From Kondoa subrosea (taxonomy: Eukaryota), in assembly GCA_039545335.1 (NCBI GenBank), contig BCIN01000011.1, forward strand, positions 186,001 to 250,000: DNA of 64,000 nt. Reading direction: 5' to 3'. A program made the translations under genes and the position numbers. Below, in pieces: positions 54,126 through 64,000 of this stretch. A model generated the notes under the pieces. That model did no database searches and was not told the origin of the DNA. It worked only from the letters and a program-made list of their open reading frames with translations. Position 1 is the first letter of the stretch. Every line of letters begins with the position of its first letter.

Positions 54126-54242
54126 CTTCACAGCTAAAGCATTGTGAATAGGTGTGATGAAGAACCAAGCAGTGCTATATGGAAGTAGTGATGCAAATGA
54201 TACTAGATAACACTGTAAAACAGGGACTGAACATTACACAAC

Positions 54243-56064
54243 CTATTCATAGGCTTCTCCCATATCAAAACCTTTCAGCATATCTTCAATTCCACTATCT
54301 GCTCGAGTAGAACCACTCCTCTTCAACCCTTTCTTTGCTGATCGTTTTTCTATCCCATTCTTCGCTGCGTGAGGGAAAAGATCTCCCCAATGACATTTCC
54401 GAGCATCTGAATAAGCTTGTTTGCCTTGAGATTTTGGAATTGTGAATCGCTCAATATCGCCTGTCCGGAACACTCTGTCAGCTGACTGTACAGCAAATAA
54501 GAAGATACGATCACGGACCTGATGATGCACAAACATCGAAAACTACATGACCTGATCTCTTCATCGGAGGAGCCACAATTCGAGGCCAAGAAAAGGCTTC
54601 GGTTCTCATTTCTGCTGTTGCTACTTCTGCGTCTTCTTCGATGCTGGCTGAGTTTGCGAGAGGTATTTGGTCAAAGACCGGCCGAAGATCTGAAGGCTCT
54701 TCAGGTCGGAGATGGAATGCAAGAGGGTTTACCGAAGGTGAAGAAGGATAAGAAGAAGGAGAGAGCGGACCTGACTTAGTCATTGTTTCTGCACTAATGG
54801 TATGCGAAGAGATTGGACGAGCACCGCGACGGAACACAACGTAAGAGAATTTGCTATCTTCTTCTCCGCCTGTTGTGTGCTTCGTCTTGCGTAAGAAATC
54901 AGGCCGTTCCACTGCTGAAGTATTAAAAAGAATTGGAAGACAAGAGATGGCATTACATACATCTTTGACTGAAATGACAGAAGCTATCTGCGAAACGAAG
55001 AGGACAAGGTTTCTCATGCGAGCACTGATCATTAATTCAGCCCAAGATGAATTAATGCAGGAAAGTACAAAACTGACCGGCGCTACAATATGACATTCTC
55101 CCTTTGCAAACTTTAACAAATGATGCCTAGCTTCCGCTATCAACCCAAACCCAGCTGGTGTACCCCGATCAATCAAAACAACCAGTTCTGACCCACTCTC
55201 CCACATCTTCTCGAGCAGTTTCTTCCTTTGATCAGGATGCCGAATGTCGCTCAAAGTATAAGCAGCAATCGCAATCTGACCAGATCCACCGGTAGCTAAA
55301 GCAGCCGTATCCGGATTTGAGAAACTCGTCTGATGTAACTTTGTTTGCAAACCAGGTCGAAGTGCTTCAAGTAATTGAGTAGATAAGATATGCATTGGTC
55401 GAATTTCATCCAAACCAACATAGTACCTTAAATCAGGCCAAACTGATTTAGCCGCCCATGCTGCACTAGCTGTACCAGAACCCCAATCGACAAGTTTGTT
55501 AGGTTTCCAATCATCAGCTTCTGTTCTTTGTCGAATTTCATTCAAGACTCTATAAGTTGAGGCATAAATTGAAGGCATAAGACCAGCAGCGTAAGCTAAA
55601 GATACATCTTCGTTATAAGGTGGAGAAGTCTTTTTGGGTCGAGGATCTCTAGAAGTGCCTTTGACTTCAGCTGCGATTCTTTTGCTTGATTCACTTGATG
55701 AAGCTCTGAGATGAGCATATAGAGCCAGAGCATCCAGTCGAAGCTTCTTCTTGTCCGCGTCTGTTCCAACCTCCAGCTCAGCTCGAATTCTGGCTCACGC
55801 AACGATTCTCGATGTACCTGCTATAAGGGAAGACACGATATCCTGCAGCTCTTGAGGTAATTGTATACTGCCTATTCTACAATCTCCATACAAAGCAGCT
55901 TGAGATCGGCGAGAAACACGAGCAGGCAGTTCCAAATCATCTTGTTCTTCAGAAGCGACATGTGGTATACCCTCGAAAGCAGAGTTAACGGGTTGCACAG
56001 TCTCTAGCGATCGAGCTCTGGTGGAAGCAGAGAAAGATCTGCTACTCAATCGCAAGATTTTCAT
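54243..56064 (-). CDS. RSM22: Mitochondrial small-subunit protein Rsm22/METTL17 (methyltransferase-like)
   Basis: Presequence, VDWGSGTASAAW, LIDRGTPAGFGLIAEAR, HIVAP, EDSKFSYVV, WPRIVAPPMKRSGHVVFDVC, YSDARKCHWGD. Confidence 0.92.
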
Positions 56065-56103
56065 CGTTCCAGGCCAACCCTCTAAGTTATTTGTATATTC
56101 ATC

Positions 56104-58206
56104 TTAGGTCTCTTCGTCCGGGTCTTCGTCCCGCTCGCTGACCCTACTCAATCGATGCGGTCTATAATCGTCTAATGAATCATCCTCTTCTTGTAAATTC
56201 TTTCTACTGCCAAACCGAGATTTGAGCGATTCGAGTCTCATACTATCGGGTAAAGAAGAATAGAGATCTGATGCGCTGTAAAATCAGTGACCCAGCCTAA
56301 ATTCAATATGATGAAGTCAATTACATACCTTGAGATCGTTGTGTGAGAAAATATATAGGTAATCCAGCTAGCATGAAACCGAAACTTAACAGTGCTGCTA
56401 TGGGTGAAGAAGCGATTGGCATGAAGAGAAGGAATAGTGCAGTACAGGTGAAGATTATTGGAGTAGCCAGATATGTCTTGTACGGCCTATATGTACGTAC
56501 TCATGGTGAAACCATAAAACCGGTAATCACGAGTTATACATACCTTTCTAGGTCAGGTTCTCTAATCCGCAATACCAGTAAGCTGGAGACAGTCGCAAAG
56601 TAGAATGTCCAAGCAGAGATGGAGAAAAAGACGACCAGAGACTTGAAATCGCCAAAGAGAATCATTAGAAAAGTGAGAGCAAAATTGAGGAGAATCGCAT
56701 TGATTGGCGTTTCCCTTGTAGAGTGTAGTTTGGCGAAGATCTTGGGCAAGAACTTCTCTTGACCCGCTACGCAGATAAGGCGAGCGGTTGTATAGAGTCC
56801 GCCTGTCCTTTAGATCAGTGTGAATATGAGACTGAAAGGCATTGTAACTGACCATTCAAGGCTCCAAAGCATGACAAAGCAACAACAAGCGCTAGAAGTA
56901 GACCTCCGACAGGTCCAAAGATTGCTTTGCCGAAATCGAGTGCAACAGTGTTTGAATGGGCGACCAATTCTCGTGGTAGAACAATAAAGAAGGAAAGGTT
57001 TGCGATGATGAAGAGAAGTATCACAGCCGCTATCTACTAGCTGTGAGTGTTTTTGTCAGACCGAATAATAGGAAAGCGCACTGAAATATGTATAACCCGC
57101 GGTAAATCACGCGAAGTATTTGCCAACTCTGCCGCGACATAATTGACTTGATCCCATCCATCGAAAGCCCATAGACCAGAGTATAGAGCCAAAGCGTAAT
57201 TGCCAGGAGAGGTACTTGATCCAGCGAATGTATTCCCTCTTAAGCTTGAGGAAGCTTTCCCTCTTGCCAACTGCACTATTCCTGCCACAGCGACCAGGAA
57301 GAGTGCAAAGATCTTGGCAGTTGTTGTTACTACTTGCGTACGGCGCCCAAGAGTATTGCTGAGCATGTTCAATATACTGATTATTAGACATATTGAAATG
57401 GCTACGATCTTGATGACTGCTTGAGGAATAGCTTCCACCGATTCTTCCGACGCTAATGGCACACATCAGGTGAGAGGTCTTCTGAGCCAGCGAGACACTC
57501 ACATGCGGAGAAGGCAGTATGATAAAGCACTCGACACAGGTATTCGGCAGCTACAAGGGATATAATAGCGGCCTGTTCCTCAAGCTAAGCGACATTCGCT
57601 AATCTATCAGAAAGAATACTAACGCTTCCTGGCTAAGGTAAATGAGCTCTAAAGCGTGGCTCTTTTGCACTTCTCACTGACTTTCACAGCGGTGATTGAC
57701 GTCCAAGCATAGCAATAAGCTATCGCGGGACCAAAAGCGTATTGCAGATAGGCTTGACTTCCTCCATTTAGTGGTATAGCTGACCCTAATTCTGCGTACG
57801 AGCTAGCGCCCGTCCAAGCAAGTAATCCTCCAGCTACCCAAACCAATAGACTCGCTCCCACCGACTGTGTGTCCAACACAATCACACCTGGACTCGCAAA
57901 GATGCCTGATCCAATGATTACACCCGCATTGAGAGCGATGCCTCCAATGACTGTCAATGCCTTTGACTTTCCTGCAACATTTGACTCTTGTGATAAAGGG
58001 ATAGGAAGTAGATTTCGCGTGTATTCAAATGAGAAACGCGATAGTGTATTGCTGCGACCTCGACTGGGTCTTTCGCTTGATGTGGATTCGCTTAACAGTG
58101 CTTGACCTGCTTCATAGTCCTCATGCGTCGTCTCTTGCGGGTATTCCTTCACAGCTACAGAGTCCAGCTCAGTGTCATCGCGTTCACTTCCATCAGCAGA
58201 GGGCAT
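56104..58206 (-). CDS. L-type amino-acid transporter (APC superfamily, LAT/Mup-like)
   Basis: GVIIGSGIFASPG, SYAELGSAIPLNGG, YSGLWAFDGWD, SCFGALNG, TPINA. The last exon has two possible acceptors, so the 3' end is uncertain. Confidence 0.9.
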
Positions 58207-58658
58207 TGATTTGCTGCAGATGGTTGCATTAGACAGACGTACTATTGTTACAAGCTCATGCGAATTATGGAAGTCTCAAGCAACGAATGGCTAGGTGATC
58301 AAGCGATTGGTGCCGGCTGCACGGTAGTAATGTTCTCTCTAGTAATATCGCGTGAAAGGGACTCGCTCGAAAGGCAGTGAAGCCAATGAATTGACAAAGC
58401 TAGAGCCAGCCAGCTCCAAGTGTCAATGCTAGCCTGTCAAGCTCAGTAAGTTGCTGCAGCAAGACTGAGATCAGATGATTAGCGAATTTCCTCGTGAAAT
58501 GTACTTGAACTCACTGTTCGCCTTTTCTGCTACGTAAACTTTGATAACAAAGGCTTGATTTCAAGATTTGCAATCTTCATCAGAGGCGATACTACAGGAC
58601 CATTCCAAGATAAGCCGCTACGAGACGAGTGCTTTGGTCTGGCGCTCACCTAGCTAGG

Positions 58659-60642
58659 TCAAGGTGTTGCGTCTGGCAGCACAACAGCATCGGACAGCGT
58701 GCCCGTATCCGCAACATGTTCTTGCTTTTCGTTTATCTTTTCGTCTTCTTCTTCGACCTCGTCCTCTTCCACAGTCTTGGCCATCCTTTTCCTTTCTTTC
58801 GCCTTTGCTTCCTTTGCCAACTTCTTGATCCTCCTGTTAGGTCCTTTCATATCTCTCAACTTATCCAAAGGTTTAGGTGTCGCAATCTCCCTTTCAACCC
58901 TTTCCGGTCTAACTCTATAAAGAGCCAACAATTTCTTGATTTCTTTTTCTTGAGATTTCCTATATCGATCCAATTCCCTTAAATCATCTTTTTCTTCTTC
59001 ACTTAATCTTCCACTACCTCTTCTTCGAACCCAGAATATTGATTTTCTCATAGTCTGAGAAACTGTCCAAGCCCAATATAAACCGAATTTAGTTCTTGGA
59101 TCATTTCGAGGTCCTCTTTGTATTTGATGAGGTGGCGGTGGATCTCCGTAGACTTGTGGGATAGTGAAGATGGTTGTTTGAAAAGGCATAATCATTTTGA
59201 GACATTTATGGATTTCCAGATAATCTGCTGAAGGATTGATGAGTTGTAGGAAATAGATGATGATTTTGTTCTGAGGTGCTAATGGTGGAGGACGTTTGAA
59301 TATCCCAGCTTGAGTGAGTAAAGGTGCTTCTCCTTCGGGTAAAAGAACAGCTTCCGAATGGGTCATGTATGCTAATATTCGCCGAGCGAGAGAATAATCG
59401 CCAGTCTGTTGACATGCTAAGACTGCATTGGCGTATGTATCTTGTAACGGAGGTGAAGATGAGTAGAGAAGCTGATGACAGAGGAAATCTAGATGCTTTG
59501 ATTAACAAGGCGACATGGAATAAAATAGGAAGGGAAACTGACTTTCTGCTAAACCCGATTGGAAAGATTTAGCACACATCTCCATTGCTAAATCATACAC
59601 TCTTGGCACTAGCAATTCTTCCTGACCACGAATAGGTTTTCGGCTCATCAGAGGCGTGATCAGATTGATCCCGGCCGAGTATTGTTTCATCGTAAGACAA
59701 AGTATCAGAACTGCAATCAGTGCCGGTGCATCAGGATAGACTGTTCCACCGCTATGTCCCAACTTGAAGTGTTCTTGAGCTATTTTGATAGCTGCAACTT
59801 TCTTATCCGCTTGCGATAACAATTGTATATAAGCGCCAACCAATCGAGCGTCCAATTTGGTGGTAGAGGTGGAACGAGTGAGAGATCGCCAAAGACCTTC
59901 TGCGGTTGCTAGATTTACTGGGGAAGGGTTTTCTGCTATGCTTCGAAAGATGGTAGTGTACGAAACGATGGACGGAGCCAAAGGACCAGAAGTAGGTAAA
60001 GCGTAGAACATTTCCATAGCTGCTGTTAATGAGATATTGTGGCATAAGTAATTCAGATAGGTTTCTGCTGGAGCTGTTAAATGTTCTGGATGATGTTTTG
60101 CAAGTTGTTCTGGATCTGACACAATGTCTTGAGCTTCTTTTTGCCATTGCGAATAGAGCAAAGCAGTATTTTCTTTTGCCTTGTCCGGTAAATCACGCTC
60201 GTAAGCCATAGCGGTGAAGTAGGTTGCATAAGACAGAGGAGTTGGACGAATGCCTCGCTTCTTCATCTATACAGCGATAGCTTCTTAAGGCAAAGAAAAC
60301 AGCACGAGCAACATTGAGACGAACATCCTGCCAAAGAGAGTAGGCCAGACTGAAGCGCCGCTTTTGCAAAGCCTCGCGTATCAAAAGGTTCCATAAAACG
60401 ACATTTGCCTGAAAGTCTATGTACTTCAAAGCCCGGACAGTGATGATTGCTTCATCCAGCTTGTCCTGCGCAAAGAACTTTTGTAACTGCAACGAGACAG
60501 TGCGAGGTTCTGTTCGATCTTGAAAAAGTGGTTCAAAAGGTCTAGCGGTCTGAGGAATCGTAGAGGCATAGCGTATCATCCTTTGTGAGATATATCGGGA
60601 CAAGGTATCCACCCTTCGGAGCATAAGGCTAGAGTTTGACAT
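58659..60642 (-). CDS. Mitochondrial pentatricopeptide-repeat (PPR) protein
   Basis: Presequence; PPR-like NVVLWNLLIREA...AYSLWQD|MKKRGIRPTPLSYATYF and PSIVSYTTIFRS; K/E-rich tail. Confidence 0.75.
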
Positions 60643-60822
60643 GGCTGCCTGTGAGAGCAAAATTGTCTTAAATTTTGAGCGAGCATTTTCCCCACATAAT
60701 AACTCGCGGACTGCTATATCCGAATCATCTTTGCACCTGCTCGTCCATCCGCTCGCGCTTGTCTGCTTTCTTGTCCGTGTGTTGCCCAGTGTCTGTACAA
60801 ATCCATTCATCTCAGCAATCCA

Positions 60823-62632
60823 ATGGCATCTCGATCTATCATTCATCGCTTAATGCGAGCTTCGCAACACGGAGCTTGTCCATGCCATAGCTGTACTTCC
60901 AAGAGCTCAGCAGCTGGTATCACTGGCGCTGTTCAAGCTTTACACAGCAACGGAGCCAGTACTAGAGTCGCTACTCGGAATTTAGCAACTCCAGTCGAAG
61001 CACATGAGAAAGAGTATGCTTTCGAAATGGCTGCAAGTCAATTGAGATTCGGTCCTGGTGTGACTCGAGAAGGTGTGTATTCTTATTCGTTAAGGCATAC
61101 AACAGAATATTGAAAGAACCCATATGAAAGTCGGTATGGACTTTGCTAATTTCCAAGCTCGCAAAGTTGGTGTCTATACGGATCCAACAGTTCGACAATT
61201 GCTACCTATGCAAACTGCTATTGAATCGCTTGAAGCAAATGGGGTCCCTTATGAAATCTTTGATCAATGTAGAGTGGAACCCAATCAAGAGTCTTGGCAG
61301 CAAGCGATTGATTTCTCAAAGAAACACGATTTCAGTCACTTCGTACGTCCAATATGGTACCTGTGAACGAAACTGATACTAGTTTGATAAGTTGGCTGTT
61401 GGTGGTGGAAGTGTTATCGATACCGCAAAGGCGGCGAATCTGTACACTTGCTACCCTGATGCTGATTTCCTGGACTTTGTGTGAGTCTTGCAAGGACAAG
61501 GAACGAGCATTACTGAGCTCATTTTGCAGCAACGCACCAATCGGTAAAGGCAAATCGATCGACAAGCGTCTTCGACCTTTGATTGCTGTACCAACTACGG
61601 CAGGAACTGGAAGTGAAACGTGAGTAATGGTGTTGAATCTTGCATCTGTGCATAAGTCAAGACCATTGGGTCACAGGACCGGAACGGCCATTTTCGACTA
61701 TACCCCTCTTCTAGCTAAGACTGGTATCGCCAACAGAGCTCTCCGACCTCTTCTCGGTATTGTCGATCCTCTCAATACCGATTCCTGCCCATTAGCAGTC
61801 CATATTTCAAGCGGTCTAGATGTTCTCTTTCATTCTCTCGAATCCTACACCGCTATCCCATACAACGAAAGAACTCCTCGCCCATCCAATCCTCTGAATC
61901 GACCAGCTTATCAAGGCAGAAACCCAGTTTCTGATGTTTTCAGTTTATGGGCATTGAAAGAGACAGTCAAGCATTTACCTAGAATCAAGAACAACACGGA
62001 TGATAAGGAAAGCAAGACTCAAATGTTGTTGGCTAGTTCTTTCGCAGGTATTGGTTTCGGAAATGCTGGCGTACATCTATGTCACGGAATTAGGTAAGTT
62101 TCGATTCCACAGGCAGGGCAATTAAGCTGATGTTAGTGTTGCAGTTATCCTATTAGTGGATTGAACAAGAAGCTGGCCAATTACAAGCATCCCGGATATG
62201 TCGTAGATCATCCTATCGTCCCTCATGGTGTTTCTGTTGCTCTGAGTAAGTCTTTTCCGTTTTGATATCTAATGGTCACTTAAATCCTGTCCAGCCGGTC
62301 CTGCTGTTTTTGAATTCACTGCTCCATCAGCTCCAGATCGTCACAGAGAAGCAGCAGCCATCTTCAATTCTTTCGAACCGGATACAGTTCAAGACGATCG
62401 AATCCCAGATTCCGACATTGGTCAACTCTTGCATGATCGAATCGCGAGATTCTTGGTCGGTGTTGGTGTACCAAGAGGATTGAAATCCATTGGTTATCAA
62501 TCGGAAAACATCCCTGATTTAGTAAAAGGTACATTGCCTCAAAGAAGAGTATTGGATTTGGCACCTGGTATGAAGGGAAGTGAAGGTCAGGAAGAGTTGG
62601 CTGGTATCATTGAGAGAGCTATGAGCTTCTAA
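60823..62632 (+). CDS. ADHFE1: Hydroxyacid-oxoacid transhydrogenase (iron-containing ADH family, ADHFE1/HOT), mitochondrial
   Basis: [75 protein letters not shown]. Confidence 0.94.
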
Positions 62633-62805
62633 GTTATCCTTGATAAGAGCGGATATCCGATTCAGAATAGTCCCCTTGTCCGGCGGATGTGTTCTTCTGA
62701 TTCTGATTCGATCTCTTCTCTTTCGGTTCTCCGTCTTCTTCTCTTCGTCTCCTCCTCTCCTAGTCAATCAGGTTTCTGCTCTCTATTCTTGCATTTCCCT
62801 TCATC

Positions 62806-63751
62806 ATGTCGAGCTCGTCAATCGATCTTTCTCAATATCACTCTTCGGACGAGATCAATAAGATCCGCTATGCTTTATCGCTACAACATTGCACTTTCAA
62901 GTTGTATTACGAGGCAAAAGAATCTCGTCTGGATCCTACAGCTGCTTTACCAGCTGTTCAGATGGGTCAACAGCGCGCGAAGCCTAGAACAGTTCATCTT
63001 GTTCAAGGCGGTGCAGATTGGCAATGGTGTATCTTTGGTCAACCAGGATACGAAGAGGTGAGGAATTCGACTATGTCCAAAGCTAGCATTCTAATACTCT
63101 TCTTCAGGTTAGACTTCACGAAATCCATCAATGCTCAGATTCTGGCTCTTATTTCTTGCTCGTTGTCAACCAATACAATGTCAATGAGCCGTTACTCCTC
63201 GGTCATACGCACTGGGTTCACCATAGGGACAAATCTTCGACCTTGAAAGTCATGAATCATGGTTCAATCTGGGTCGACAGTGCTTGGCAAGGGCATCTAT
63301 GGGTCGATCCGGCTTGTCTTCATCCACGCACTCATATGCCCATCGCATTCTCAGTCGGGACGATCATAATGGATCTTTACCATTTCGCTGCTACTCTAAA
63401 GAATACGCATGTCCATTCAAAGCTTGAAGTGGTGCCTGAAGCCACTGGCAAGTACTTTCCTTGGCAGTACAAAGCTGTTCAAGGCGAGGAAGTCTTAGCG
63501 AGAAACGAAGCTATGAACATGGGATACACTACAACAATGGAAGCGAGTCTTCATCGAGACAACATGCCAACGATTCATCGCGGGCTAGATGAACGTCCCT
63601 GTGAGTGTTCTCGCTTTGGCACCTGAGCGTTGTTCAAAATTTTGAAAGGCGCCCACATGGCTCGAGCAGTATGCTCTGATTGCAAATTCCGACGGGAACA
63701 GGCATACCAGGCAGCATTGTCAAATGGTCTCAAGTATACTCACCGCTCTTA
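62806..63751 (+). CDS. Hypothetical protein (multi-exon)
   Basis: ORFs 62806-63246 and 63156-63626 with GTGAG donors and Cys/His residues; no family recognised. Confidence 0.4.
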
Positions 63752-64000
63752 AGGCCGTCAACTGAGATTTTGAAACCGGCATTTGTGTATAGACTCTATG
63801 CATCTTTTTTCTGTATGATGGTAAACTCTCTTTGTATTTGTCTGGAAGCTCACATGTTCCTTTTTCTTCTTCTTCTTCTGCTGCCTCTTCTTGTTCTGAC
63901 TGCTTGTAGCTCTACGTGGGGTGGGTGTCATGCAAATCTTCCATTGACCAGCTTATCCTTGGCTTTCTCCTGGCAGCACTCTGCCCGAAGGAAATTAGCT

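Noticed and set aside
54243..62632. RSM22, PPR and HOT as a mitochondrial gene cluster
   Set aside because: Interrupted by a permease, functions are unrelated, and mitochondrial genes are frequent.
63790..64000. Glu-rich reading frame on the minus strand at the window edge
   Set aside because: Probably the 3' end of a gene outside the window; too little sequence to call.

Overview
Gene-dense, intron-rich fungal nuclear DNA with short introns (mostly ~50-60 nt GT-AG, several GC-AG) and many micro-exons. The style fits a basidiomycete, probably a Pucciniomycotina-type yeast, but that is inference. About 27 protein-coding genes were found, and no rRNA, tRNA, transposon or CRISPR. Housekeeping genes: BRR2 (5'-truncated), PTC5, pacC/RIM101, IMP4, CLYBL/CitE-like lyase, DUS1, KU80, CDC7, CAP2, UTP25, RSM22, an LAT-family amino-acid permease, a PPR protein and HOT/ADHFE1. 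The most interesting accessory content: (i) a DUF1275 membrane protein head-to-head (174 bp apart) with a ~21-exon secreted bicupin oxalate decarboxylase, a candidate oxalate transport/degradation module; (ii) a MATE - P450 - FAD monooxygenase mini-cluster; (iii) a secreted His/Ser/Asp-rich protein fused to a plant-type LRR ectodomain, next to a leishmanolysin-like zincin; (iv) an orphan made of two tandem copies of an unrecognised ~240-aa domain; (v) clustered PacC binding sites in the pacC promoter and in its one long intron. Gene models were spliced by eye, so boundaries are approximate where stated.
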